Shown here: positions 47,406-57,542 of the stretch, in pieces
How positions within the stretch are numbered: the stretch's first letter is position 1
Layout of the letters: each line of letters starts with the position of its first letter
Assembly (NCBI GenBank): GCA_964423865.1
Contig: CAYRGN010000012.1
Location: forward strand, 21,198-85,197
Source: an uncultured Lacihabitans sp.
GTDB lineage: Bacteria > Bacteroidota > Bacteroidia > Cytophagales > Spirosomataceae
Length of the DNA stretch: 64,000 nt
Reading direction: 5' to 3'
Made by a program: the position numbers and the translations under genes
Notes under the pieces: generated by a model
Told to the model about the DNA's origin: nothing
Databases searched by the model: none
The model's input: the letters and a program-made list of their open reading frames with translations, nothing else

Positions 47406-49016
47406 TTAGTACCCCGTGTTCTGGCTCAGGTTCGGGTTTTTGGTCAGCTCTCCCAGGGGAATGGGGAAGAGAATCCGGGTCTGGGCCTGGGCGTGAGGCT
47501 GGTGGTTAAACCATGTTTTGGTTTGGAATACCCCGAAGCGGATGAGGTCCTGGCGACGGTGGGCCTCTGCGGCGAATTCCCAACCCAACTCGTCAAGGAA
47601 ACGGCCGTAGGAAATATCAGCGCCACCATTAGCTACGGCTACGCTGCCGTCTTTTTCCTGCCATCCGTATTGGTACGAACTTCCTTTGAGGAGGTCTTGC
47701 CCGGTTACCGTGGCCTTTGCAGGGTTGTTTTTAAAGGCACGTTGCCTTACCTGGGTCACCAGTCCTGCCGCGGCATTGGCATCTCCTTTTCTAAGCAGCG
47801 CCTCCGCCTTCATCATCAGGATATCGGCGTAGCGGAACATGGGGTAGTCGTTATCCAGGTTATTGGTAGCCCCTTGTTTGATTTTGTATTTGCCTATTCT
47901 GTAACCGCTGTTGCTGGGCGCTACGGTGCCGTCTCCCCCGATACCGGGTACCTCTTTCTTGTAATCAATCACCAGCTCACCGGTGGTAGCGTTGTACTGC
48001 GGGCCCTGGATCCAGCTGTCGGTTAAGCGGGAGTCTTCCGCGTCATAGGTGTCGATAAACTGGGGTACCGCGCAGTTTCCGCCCCATGGACCGGCCGACA
48101 TATTGTACACCAGGCGGCTCAGGGGATCCAGCGTTTTCATGTGGATCTGGGAGCCTTGTCCGTAGATTTCATCGTAGGGAACCGCGAAGATGATCTCTTT
48201 GGAATTGTGGTTGGTATACGTGAAGACATCGGAATAGTTGGCATCCAGCACGTAGCTGTTGCTGTTGATAATCTCGTCGGCTTCCCGGATCACGGCGTCC
48301 CATTGCGCCGTACCGGTATACACTTCGGCATTCAGGTATACTTTGGCCAGCAGGGCTTTGGCCGCCCATTTGTTCATCCGGCCGTAGGTACCCGCCACGT
48401 CAGTAGCCAGAAGAGGAGTAATTTCGGTGAGTTCACTAATCACAAAGTCATATAGTTCCTTCCGGGTTTTCTGCTGGGGAAGGGAGATGTCGCGGTAATC
48501 GGTGACGATAGGTACATTTCCATGGTTGTCCAGCAGCAGGTAATAGGCCAGGGCGCGGGCGGCGCGCAGTTCGGCAATAGCCGCTTTTCCTACGGCGTCA
48601 GGAAGCGGGATGTCTCCGTCTTCAATCTGGGCGATCACCATGTTGGCACGGGTGATGCTGGAGTAGGCCTGATTCCAGGTGTTGGTAGGTTGCCATTGCT
48701 CAGAATTCCAGTTGTGCTGGTGCATCCTCCGGTAGGTACCGCCATCGTCCCAGCCGTTAGGCCGTACAGGGGTAACAATGGCATCGGCCGGTTCTTCCTG
48801 CAGGTCAAAGTAGCCCTGCCATCCGAACATCAAAGAACGGAAAGAAGCATACACGGGAGCGAGGATGTTGGGAAGGTCTCTTTCCGTAGGTTCAAAAGAG
48901 GTAGAAAGTACTTCCGAGAAAACCTCTTCGTCCAGGTTGGTACAGGAGCTCATTCCCCCGCCTACAAACATAGAGGCGGTTAGTGCATATACATATATTT
49001 TTTTCATGTCTTTCAT
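47406..49016 (-). CDS. RagB/SusD family lipoprotein
   Basis: Lipobox 'MSSC'; 'LRAARALAYY', 'RYADILMMKAEA', 'EFAAEAHRRQDLIRF'. Confidence 0.93.
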   Translation of the reverse strand: MKDMKKIYVYALTASMFVGGGMSSCTNLDEEVFSEVLSTSFEPTERDLPNILAPVYASFRSLMFGWQGYFDLQEEPADAIVTPVRPNGWDDGGTYRRMHQHNWNSEQWQPTNTWNQAYSSITRANMVIAQIEDGDIPLPDAVGKAAIAELRAARALAYYLLLDNHGNVPIVTDYRDISLPQQKTRKELYDFVISELTEITPLLATDVAGTYGRMNKWAAKALLAKVYLNAEVYTGTAQWDAVIREADEIINSNSYVLDANYSDVFTYTNHNSKEIIFAVPYDEIYGQGSQIHMKTLDPLSRLVYNMSAGPWGGNCAVPQFIDTYDAEDSRLTDSWIQGPQYNATTGELVIDYKKEVPGIGGDGTVAPSNSGYRIGKYKIKQGATNNLDNDYPMFRYADILMMKAEALLRKGDANAAAGLVTQVRQRAFKNNPAKATVTGQDLLKGSSYQYGWQEKDGSVAVANGGADISYGRFLDELGWEFAAEAHRRQDLIRFGVFQTKTWFNHQPHAQAQTRILFPIPLGELTKNPNLSQNTGY

Positions 49017-49025
49017 CAGTGTAAA

Positions 49026-51971
49026 TTAAAAGGAAACATTTAATCCGAGGGTGAACGTACGGGTATTCGGATATTTATCGCGGTGGTCAATGCCCGGAGC
49101 GAACGTATAGTCGCCGGTATAGCTCACCCCTTCCGGATCGATGCCTTTATACCCGGTGAATGTCAGAAAGTTCAGTACCGAACCGTACACACGGAGGTTG
49201 GTGATCCCTTTAATTGCCGTAGAGGGGAGCGTATAGCCGAGCGTAACGTTGTCAAGTTTCAGATAATCGCCCTTTTCAATATAATGAGATACATACACGA
49301 GGTCATTTTTAAGCTCTTGTCCATATACCGGATCATAGGCCGTTTTGAGTACGTTATATGCTTTGTTTACGGGGTTCTCGTAATAGAGTCTCTGCATGTT
49401 CAGAATGTCGTGTCCGAAGGCTCCCCGGAAGTTCACCGTCATGTCAAAACGCTGGTAACTCAGGGAGTTGTTCCATCCCAGCAGGAATTTTGGAATACCG
49501 TTGCCATAGAACTGGCGGTCGGTCGGAGTGGCCTGGGCGATGGGAATTACCTCCCCGTTCTGGTTTTCCACCAGCCATTTCCCGCTGTCATCTACGCCAA
49601 CACTCTTCAATACATAGAACTGCCCGATAGGTCCGCCTACATGTACACGGTGGGTACTCACCTGGATGGGTTCTCCGGTATGGCCTGCATCGAAATATTC
49701 GGTGGTGACGTCAAACTGGTCGTTTGAAAGGTTAAGCAGTTTGTTCTTGTTGGTGGAGAACGTCAGGTTGGTGTTCCAGCGGAACGACCCCTTTCTTACA
49801 GCGTCTATGTTCAGCAGGAACTCCAGTCCTGAATTCTCCATAGAACCTGCATTCAGCATCATACTGCTGGTCAGATAAGGCGGAACGGGTACGCTGAAGT
49901 AATAGAGCAGGTCATTTACGGTACGGGTATAATAATCCACCGAACCGGTGATACGGTCTTTCAGGATACCGAAATCCAGACCGATGTTCCATTCGGTTTT
50001 CTTCTCCCACCGCAGGTCAGGGTTGAAGTTCCGGGCCGGGATAAAGCCCGGTACCCATTTCCCGCCGATAAAGGCGCCCTGGCTTTGGGAAAAGTTATAG
50101 CTGATCTGAGACTGGTAGGGCGAGGAGGCGATGGTGCCAGTAACACCTACCCCTGCTCTTAGTTTCAGCTGGGAAAGGGTGTTTCCGGAGCTGAGGAAGT
50201 CTTCTTTTGCGATATTCCATCCCAGTGAAAATGCCGGGAAAGTACCCCATTGATTGTTTTCTCCAAAGGTAGAAGAACCCTCGCGGCGTACACTGGCCAT
50301 CACCATATACTTGTCGTTAAAGATATAGTTTACCCGTGCGAAGAACCCGGCCAGCTGCCATTTGCTTTTGTAGCTTCCCATGGTGGCCAGCCCTCTTTGT
50401 AAAGCGGTACCGGATTCTATCCGGTTATACGAATAGGCGTCAGTAGGGAAGTCAAAGTTGTATACGTTAAATGACTCGCCCGTGTAATCCTGCCAGCTGT
50501 AGCCCCCTAAGAGGGTAAAACGGTGGAGGTCAAAAGTCTTCAGGTAATTGGTAGTCAGCTCCAGGAGGTTTTCCGTGCCGGCGCCCGTAGAGCGGCTTGC
50601 CGTTCCGTTCAGGTTGTTTTTCGTGGTGTTCACATGACGGAAAGTGGTGGAGTTTCCGTAGAGATTATCCGTCTGCACCCGGGAGGCCAGCATTTTGAGG
50701 CTCCAGTCTTTGATGGGCCGGTAATCTACTGAGCCGCTGAAACGGGCTTCCTTACTTTTGTTGTCGTTCACCGTTTCATGGATGATTCCCAGGGGGTTAT
50801 CGTACATGTAGGCATTGCTTTCTTTCCAGGTACCGTCTGCGTTCTGGATAGCGTCTGTCGGGTTCCGGATCATGGCTTGTCTCCAGGCCCATCCGCCCGC
50901 TCCGCCCTGTTTGGATTTGGCGGTAGTATTGATAATCTGGATATTGGTTTTTACTTTTCCGTCAAACATTTCATGGTTAAGATCGGCCCGAAGCGCTACC
51001 CGCTGCTGACCGGTTTTGATCATGATTCCTTCCCAGTCGCGGTAGTTCAATGAAGCGGTGAAGTTGGTTTTGTAGTTTCCTCCAAACAAGGCCACGTTAT
51101 GGTTCTGGCTGACAGGGTTTTGAAGCACCTCATCGATCCAGTTGGTACTTCCGCCCAAGTCTTGATAGGCGTATCCCTGGGAGATCAGGCGGCGGTAGTC
51201 TGAGGCGTCCATCATTTCCGGTTTCCGGAAAATACGTTGCTGGTTGACATACGTATTGTATTCTACGGTAGTTTTGTTCTCGGAATTCTTGTTTTTACGG
51301 GTGGTGATCAGGATCACCCCACCGGTGGCGCGCGTACCGTATATGGCGGCTGCAGAACCGTCTTTGAGCACATCGATAGATTCAATGTCTTCGGGGGCTA
51401 CCGTGGTGATGCTTCCCGGTACACCGTCTACAATCACCAGGGGGTTCTGAGACCCGTTGATAGAATTGAGTCCGCGCAGGTTAATCTGGGTGGTGGCGTT
51501 CGGGTCACCGCTGGGAGTCGTGATCCGGAGACCGGCTACTTTTCCCTGGATCAGCTGGGCCGCGTCGCGCACGGTTCCTTTCAGGAAATCTTCCGACTTT
51601 ATACTGGCTACCGAGCTGGTTATATCTCCTTTTCTCTGGGTACCGTATCCTACTACCACCAGCTCGTCCAGGGAGGAGGTCCCGCCGGTCAGGGTGATGT
51701 CGAGGGTACGTTGGTTGGTTAAGACAATTTCCGTTCTGTCGTAGCCGATAGCGGACACAACCAAAACCGCATTCGCGCCGTAGCGGATGGTAAATTTTCC
51801 CTCCGTGTCCGTATAGGTATGGGTGCTGGAATTTTTAATCCCGACCATCGCAATTTCAATCGGTTTCCCTTCCTCGTCTTTAACGGTACCCGTTAAAGTG
51901 GTTTCCTGTGAAAATGCCATCCAGGGGAGGAGCATTAGGAACAGGAGGCAGGCTGTAAGGTTTTTGTTCAT
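49026..51971 (-). CDS. SusC/RagA TonB-dependent transporter
   Basis: 'VVVGYGTQRK', 'IDVLKDGSAAAIYGTRA.GGVILITT', 'NPDLRWEK', terminal F. Confidence 0.95.
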   Translation of the reverse strand: MNKNLTACLLFLMLLPWMAFSQETTLTGTVKDEEGKPIEIAMVGIKNSSTHTYTDTEGKFTIRYGANAVLVVSAIGYDRTEIVLTNQRTLDITLTGGTSSLDELVVVGYGTQRKGDITSSVASIKSEDFLKGTVRDAAQLIQGKVAGLRITTPSGDPNATTQINLRGLNSINGSQNPLVIVDGVPGSITTVAPEDIESIDVLKDGSAAAIYGTRATGGVILITTRKNKNSENKTTVEYNTYVNQQRIFRKPEMMDASDYRRLISQGYAYQDLGGSTNWIDEVLQNPVSQNHNVALFGGNYKTNFTASLNYRDWEGIMIKTGQQRVALRADLNHEMFDGKVKTNIQIINTTAKSKQGGAGGWAWRQAMIRNPTDAIQNADGTWKESNAYMYDNPLGIIHETVNDNKSKEARFSGSVDYRPIKDWSLKMLASRVQTDNLYGNSTTFRHVNTTKNNLNGTASRSTGAGTENLLELTTNYLKTFDLHRFTLLGGYSWQDYTGESFNVYNFDFPTDAYSYNRIESGTALQRGLATMGSYKSKWQLAGFFARVNYIFNDKYMVMASVRREGSSTFGENNQWGTFPAFSLGWNIAKEDFLSSGNTLSQLKLRAGVGVTGTIASSPYQSQISYNFSQSQGAFIGGKWVPGFIPARNFNPDLRWEKKTEWNIGLDFGILKDRITGSVDYYTRTVNDLLYYFSVPVPPYLTSSMMLNAGSMENSGLEFLLNIDAVRKGSFRWNTNLTFSTNKNKLLNLSNDQFDVTTEYFDAGHTGEPIQVSTHRVHVGGPIGQFYVLKSVGVDDSGKWLVENQNGEVIPIAQATPTDRQFYGNGIPKFLLGWNNSLSYQRFDMTVNFRGAFGHDILNMQRLYYENPVNKAYNVLKTAYDPVYGQELKNDLVYVSHYIEKGDYLKLDNVTLGYTLPSTAIKGITNLRVYGSVLNFLTFTGYKGIDPEGVSYTGDYTFAPGIDHRDKYPNTRTFTLGLNVSF

Positions 51972-52166
51972 AGTAAAAATTTTGAGGTTAATTGATGTTG
52001 AACCTAAATGGTTTGACTGGAACAAATTTCCTTGAAAAAACCGAAGAGTTTTCTGCGCATTTTAACCAATAAATACCAATATTTAACAGAGGCTTAATAT
52101 AGGGAAGTATCTGTTTTATAGCAGGTTAAGATGTGCGTAGTAATGGTTAAAATCCGGTTCTTCCGT

Positions 52167-55100
52167 TTAAGGGGTACTCCATAAACGGATGTTCCGGAAA
52201 GTGCCGAAGCCCAGGACATTGTTATTGGAAGCTTGGAAAAGACCGATCTGCAGGAGCCCCCCGGCAAGTTCGGAATTCACCAGGGGAGAACCGGGTAACT
52301 CCGTCCAGGTGGTGCCGTCACGGCTGGCCCTCAGATAAAACGTGTCTCCGCTCTTCTGGACCTGGAGGAAAGGCAGGTAGTTCCAACCGACCCCGTTATT
52401 TTCCTGTATTCTCCGCCCCTTCCGGGTATCGGTGGTCATGTTACCGATGTTCCAGCCGGTGAGAATGGTGTTCTGAAGGTGATTTTCCGCTTCGGATCTC
52501 GGGTTCCGTATCATAATGCCTGCTTCTGTAGCCGTATTCCGCTGCTCGGAACGCCCTACAATATCGCTGAGTTCAGCAGTAAAAGTGAAGTCGCCTTCCC
52601 GGGCGATAAACAGGAAAGGTCCTGTTTTTCCCTGCCCGCTCCAGGAAGAATGAATGGATTCCAGGCGGATGCCTCCGTTTTCCTGTGCAATACCTGCCCT
52701 GATCGTGTCGGTATTCGCATACACCTCGTGGCCGGTCCAGAATCCGGATTTTTCATCGCGGAGGAGGTCTGTTTTTCCTGCCAGATCGGGAGAACTGAGG
52801 GTCATCTGAGGAAAATGTTCCTGAAAAACGGATTCCTCGCTCACATTCCCGTAGCGGTCTCTCACTTTTACCCGAAAGGCTGCGGACTGGTCGGCTTCCT
52901 GAAAGAAATAATGGGCTGGGGCGATCCATCCGCTGGTATGCTTCCCGTTGGAAAAATAATACTGTCTGCCGGGAGCGGAGGAAGCGGGAGAGGCTACCAG
53001 TACCTGTCCGGGTGTACTTTGGGCTACTTTGATCGGCGGTGGTGCAAGGGTTTCACTTTTTTGCCACAGGGTATGTAAGTCTTGATCTTCGGAAATGATC
53101 CAGCGGCTGACGGCGGTGTGATCCAGTTTTAAGGTGGAAACGGGAAGCGGTTTTCGGCCAGCTATTCCATTGACGGTGTATTCTCCTGAGCCGTGCAGGG
53201 TAACGGTATGCCAGTCCGTATTCCGGTTTTTTTTGTTGAGGATGCCGAGTTTATACAGGTCAGAGCGACGGGAAAGAGGGGAAGCCTGGAAAGTAAGCGC
53301 TGTTTCGGGGTGGTCAAGGAGGTAGTTGAGGGCATCCGGAGGCAATAGCTTCCCGTCCTTCAACAGTACGCTTTGTTTTCCTTTAAAATCCCGGGCCTGT
53401 ACCGTACCGGCCGTTCCGCCGATGCTTCCCCGGTTGGTCCAGGGGGTATCGGAGAGATAGGAGGCGTCTGTAGCGGTGAGATACCAGGCAGGCGCCTTTT
53501 CGGAGGTTTCAGGGGTGAAAATCTCTTCGGCCTCCAGCGCACGGTCATATACTTTCAGGGAAGCGATGGCGCCGGAAAAGAAATTTTCACGGTCAGTACC
53601 CAGAAAGAAATTTTCCCCTGTACGAACAAACAGCATTTTATTGCTTTCCGCGACAAGTTCCTGGTCTACCCAAATTTTTTCCATGTAGCCGTCAAAAGTG
53701 ATGGCTATCCGGTGCCATTTTCCTGCTTCCGGAAGTTTTTTGTAGGGCATATCCGGCCAGGAGCCATGGCTTACGGCACCTCTGTAAGCGTCTGATCCGT
53801 ATCCGAAGCGGGCCAGGGTGAGGTCCTGGCGGCCGGCCGACCACGCGAGAAAAGGCTCATACCGATCAATTTCAGGGTTCAGTACGTCAATGACGATACT
53901 GTAGCTGCTGTTTCCGGAGAGAGAAGCCGGAACTTTAAAGTCGGACAGGAAATGGTTTTTGTCACTGAATACAAAGCATTTTTTACCCTGAATAACATCG
54001 GAGACCACGGGTTGAGAAGACCGGAAACTGCCCTGGAGTTTTCCCCGGTTCCGGATTTCCGTAACGGGTTCGCCCGTCAGGTGATGATGGGCGCTGAGGT
54101 CAATCAGCAGGTCGCCACGCAAGGGCTTTTCCGGGGCATCTTGCGGGGGAGACAGGTAAAATTCCTCCGTTAACTTTTCCTGATATACTTTCACATTCCA
54201 GATTCCTTTGGGCAATCCGGGCATTTGGGTGTCGAACAGATGAAGCCGGATATACCGCATTTTTGCCTGTCCGAAGTCGGCCAGCGGGCTTCCCCATTGC
54301 CTGTTATTCCGTTTGTCGGCGTAGGTTTTCCAGGATTGGCCGTCTTCTGAATATTCAATGAGATATTCGTAGTACCAGGTGGCGTATTCAAACTGGGTAA
54401 GAACGGTGTTCACCGTATGCGATGCGCCCAGGTCAATCTGAAGCCAGGCGGGGCTTCTGTTGTCTTTGGCTCTCCAGAGGGTGCCGTTATTGTCATCGGC
54501 GGCGAAAGAGGCGCGAAAGTCCGGACTGTATTCGGAAGAAGCCATCACCGGTTTCCCCAGGGCCAGGTTGGTGTAGGGACGTGCATTTTCGGCCAGGAAG
54601 CCTATGCCTTCGTGTGTGGGCGCTACCTGGACGATATCGCCTTTGTCATCAAATATCATTTTATCTGCCGCTAACTGGCGATGAAACCCGCCACCGGAAT
54701 GGGGGTTGTTGTGACGGTGGTAGACAATGTAATATTCATTGTTTTCCTGGATAATGCTGTGGTGACCCGGACCGTGTATAGTTCCGTCTTCGCTGGTGAC
54801 CAGTATGGGGTTATGTTCCGGGTATTCGTAGGGACCGAAAGGACCTGTTTCGCTTTTGACATACTGCACCCGGTAGGTATGGTCTTCGCACCGCCCGGAA
54901 GAATACATCAGGTAGTAAATTCCGTTTCGTTTGAACATGAAGGGAGCTTCAAAGAAGTCTTTTGCCACGGTATTGGGAATAAGCTCCACCCGGGAAAAAG
55001 TTTTCATATCCTGATTCAGCAAGCCTACCGCACATCCGTGGTCGGGGTAGATGCCCCATGTACCCCAGAACATGTAGATAGAACCGTCATCGTTGGTAAA

Positions 55101-55553
55101 GGTCTGGGCATCAAGGGTAATCACCCCGGGAATCATGTAGTTGGGAATGATGGAGGTGCTGTCGGGGTTGAGTGGTATCCATGGGCCGGTGGGTTGATCT
55201 GAGGCAGCGGCAAAAATCTCCACCGGCTGGCTGTAGTACAGGTAGTAGCGCCCGTCGTACCCCCGGGTCATATCGGGCGCCCAATACCAGTGAGTATCGG
55301 GCCAGTTCATGGGTTTAAGCGACCAGTGGACAAAATCTTTGGAGATCCAGACCTGGGAAGGCCCCGCACCCCAGCCGTTTCCATCCGTAGTGGCGAAAAG
55401 ATAATACGTATCTCCGATCTTTTTTACTGCCGGGTCCGCGAAGTAGCCCGGCACCAGGGGGTTAAAGAGTCCCGGCTGTTGGTAAGGACTTAATTTCTGG
55501 GCGAAAGCCGCCGCAGATACACACCACAGGAAGATCAGGATCGCTCGGTTCAT
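52167..55553 (-). CDS. Multimodular GH43 glycoside hydrolase (GH43 + F5/8-type C + LamG-like + C-terminal lectin-like)
   Basis: 'FADP', 'WAPD', 'LDAQTF', 'FEAP', 'GPGHHS'; 'AADDNNGTLW..WLQIDLG'. Confidence 0.85.
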   Translation of the reverse strand: MNRAILIFLWCVSAAAFAQKLSPYQQPGLFNPLVPGYFADPAVKKIGDTYYLFATTDGNGWGAGPSQVWISKDFVHWSLKPMNWPDTHWYWAPDMTRGYDGRYYLYYSQPVEIFAAASDQPTGPWIPLNPDSTSIIPNYMIPGVITLDAQTFTNDDGSIYMFWGTWGIYPDHGCAVGLLNQDMKTFSRVELIPNTVAKDFFEAPFMFKRNGIYYLMYSSGRCEDHTYRVQYVKSETGPFGPYEYPEHNPILVTSEDGTIHGPGHHSIIQENNEYYIVYHRHNNPHSGGGFHRQLAADKMIFDDKGDIVQVAPTHEGIGFLAENARPYTNLALGKPVMASSEYSPDFRASFAADDNNGTLWRAKDNRSPAWLQIDLGASHTVNTVLTQFEYATWYYEYLIEYSEDGQSWKTYADKRNNRQWGSPLADFGQAKMRYIRLHLFDTQMPGLPKGIWNVKVYQEKLTEEFYLSPPQDAPEKPLRGDLLIDLSAHHHLTGEPVTEIRNRGKLQGSFRSSQPVVSDVIQGKKCFVFSDKNHFLSDFKVPASLSGNSSYSIVIDVLNPEIDRYEPFLAWSAGRQDLTLARFGYGSDAYRGAVSHGSWPDMPYKKLPEAGKWHRIAITFDGYMEKIWVDQELVAESNKMLFVRTGENFFLGTDRENFFSGAIASLKVYDRALEAEEIFTPETSEKAPAWYLTATDASYLSDTPWTNRGSIGGTAGTVQARDFKGKQSVLLKDGKLLPPDALNYLLDHPETALTFQASPLSRRSDLYKLGILNKKNRNTDWHTVTLHGSGEYTVNGIAGRKPLPVSTLKLDHTAVSRWIISEDQDLHTLWQKSETLAPPPIKVAQSTPGQVLVASPASSAPGRQYYFSNGKHTSGWIAPAHYFFQEADQSAAFRVKVRDRYGNVSEESVFQEHFPQMTLSSPDLAGKTDLLRDEKSGFWTGHEVYANTDTIRAGIAQENGGIRLESIHSSWSGQGKTGPFLFIAREGDFTFTAELSDIVGRSEQRNTATEAGIMIRNPRSEAENHLQNTILTGWNIGNMTTDTRKGRRIQENNGVGWNYLPFLQVQKSGDTFYLRASRDGTTWTELPGSPLVNSELAGGLLQIGLFQASNNNVLGFGTFRNIRLWSTP

Positions 55554-55704
55554 CGGAAAAAATTTACGGATACAAAGATAAGCGTACCGTGATACACCGA
55601 TGGGCATGTTTTAACCTTTACCGCAAGGATTTTATCCATTTGACCCCGACACCGCATTGGGGTATGAACACGGCTTTCCATACGGCAGTCTTGCCGAAAT
55701 GCCG

Positions 55705-56571
55705 TCACGACACATTTTTGATATACCGGTTAAGGTAATCTTTGGGGGAGGTGCCCGCCACACTTTTGAAGACCCGGTTAAAATTGGCGATACTGTTAAA
55801 TCCGCAGCTATACGCTACGCCGGAAATATTGTCAAAGCTTCCGCTGGTGAGGCTCCTGCACGCTTCCGTTACCCGAAGTTCATTCAGGAAGGTGACAAAA
55901 GTAACTCCCGTATGCTTTTTGAAATAGCGGCAAAACGCCTGGGGCGTGAGATGGGCCGCCGCGGCCACGTCATCAAGCGTCAGGGGATTCTTGTAGTTTT
56001 TCAGTACATAGTTGTAAATCTTGCTCATCCTAAGTCCTTCACCCTCCGATATGGCTTCATTACTCAGGGACGCCAGTTGGCCCGGGCGGGGTTCCATTTT
56101 ACAGAAGGCCCGCAACAAATGAAGAAAATGGAGAATCTGGTCGGTATGCGCCGCTTTCTGAATTTTGACCATTCTTTTGGCAATAAAGGAAGCGTGGTTT
56201 TCCGGCACCTTAAAACCGCCCCGGTATTCTTTCAGGAAGGTGTGAAACGGACGGAGTTCCGGCAAGTTTAACAAGGCATTCAAAGACCCGTCCGGATCGT
56301 AAAAGACGGAAAGAGAATGCACCTCTCCCGGTTCATCGGCCGACTCTCCACGGAAAACGTGGGACTGCTGGGGCGCGATCAGGAAAATATCATTGCTGGA
56401 AAAATCGTGGAAGTGATTGTCTACAATCAGGGTGCCGCGGCCTTGGATAATCCAAATAAGCTGGGCTTCTTTATGACGATGAAGATAAGGATAAAACTGG
56501 GGAATTTTATCCTCCTGTACCAGAACAGACTTGTCGGGGGTGACCGGGATGGTAAACTGTAAAGGTTTCAT
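55705..56571 (-). CDS. AraC family transcriptional regulator
   Basis: Cupin 'YLHRHKEAQL'; HTH 'AFCRYFKKHTG', 'CGFNSIANFNRVFK'. Confidence 0.92.
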   Translation of the reverse strand: MKPLQFTIPVTPDKSVLVQEDKIPQFYPYLHRHKEAQLIWIIQGRGTLIVDNHFHDFSSNDIFLIAPQQSHVFRGESADEPGEVHSLSVFYDPDGSLNALLNLPELRPFHTFLKEYRGGFKVPENHASFIAKRMVKIQKAAHTDQILHFLHLLRAFCKMEPRPGQLASLSNEAISEGEGLRMSKIYNYVLKNYKNPLTLDDVAAAAHLTPQAFCRYFKKHTGVTFVTFLNELRVTEACRSLTSGSFDNISGVAYSCGFNSIANFNRVFKSVAGTSPKDYLNRYIKNVS

Positions 56572-56761
56572 AATATCACTTAGGTTCGGTTGAATCATTA
56601 AATAAAACTAGCGAATATTAACGTCTGATCCAAATTTCGACACCTTATTAGTTAATTTTTGCGCATGAAATGTTAAGAATATTGGTTAAATTCAATCGAA
56701 TCGTGTAAAATTTACGCAAATCGACTTATGCCAAATATAATTCGGTGGTTTTGCTACAGGT

Positions 56762-56803
56762 CAAAAACAGAAGCGTGTCATAAGGGGAAACGCCTCTGTT
56801 TTG
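56762..56803 (-). terminator. Intrinsic terminator after deoD
   Basis: Minus strand CAGAGGCGT-loop-ACGCTTCTG-TTTTT. Confidence 0.65.
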
Positions 56804-56809
56804 TGCCGG

Positions 56810-57511
56810 TTATGCTATACCGAGGGCGATCTCCATCATTTCGTTAAAAGTCTTTTCCCTTTCTTCCTGGCTGGAAGCCGAACCCGTCAGGATGTTATCG
56901 CTCACCGTCAGGAGGGAAAGCGCGTTTACGCGGAAACGACATGCCATGGTGTACAGGATTTCGGTTTCCATATCAATGCCAAGTATGCCGTGTTTTTTCC
57001 AAACGTCCCAGCGGTTGGGTTCCAGGTCGTAGAAAGTATTGGTACTGAAAACCGTGCCGGGATGTACGCGGATATCCAGTTTGCGGGCAATCTCGTAGGC
57101 CTTCACCAGCAGTTCGAAACTGGGTGTAGGGGCAAAGTGTTGGTTCTTAAAGAGTACCGTGTTGGCGTCGGAGTCGCCCGAGGCGCCTGTGACCAGCAAT
57201 ACCTGGCCCAGGTCGAGGTCTTCCTGTATGGAGCCGCACGTGCCTACACGGATCAGGTTCCGGCATTGGTAGGTATTGATCAGTTCATGAATGTAGATAC
57301 CTGCGCTGCCCATACCCATGCCGGTGCCCTGTATGGAAACGCGCTGTCCTTTGTACAGTCCCGTAAATCCGAACATATTCCTGACTTTGTTGTAACAGAC
57401 CACGTCGGTCAGGTAGTTTTCGGCTACGAATTTCGCTCGTAGAGGATCTCCGGGCAGGAGTACGGTTTCGGCGATGTCGCCTACGTGGGCTTCTAAATGT
57501 ATGCTTCTCAT
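56810..57511 (-). CDS. deoD: Purine nucleoside phosphorylase (DeoD type)
   Basis: 'LLPGDPLRAKF', 'VRNMFGFTG', 'GTGMG', 'RVGTCG', 'DMET'. Confidence 0.95.
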   Translation of the reverse strand: MRSIHLEAHVGDIAETVLLPGDPLRAKFVAENYLTDVVCYNKVRNMFGFTGLYKGQRVSIQGTGMGMGSAGIYIHELINTYQCRNLIRVGTCGSIQEDLDLGQVLLVTGASGDSDANTVLFKNQHFAPTPSFELLVKAYEIARKLDIRVHPGTVFSTNTFYDLEPNRWDVWKKHGILGIDMETEILYTMACRFRVNALSLLTVSDNILTGSASSQEEREKTFNEMMEIALGIA

Positions 57512-57542
57512 GTATTTTGTTTTTAGGCTAAAAGCCGGGTTT

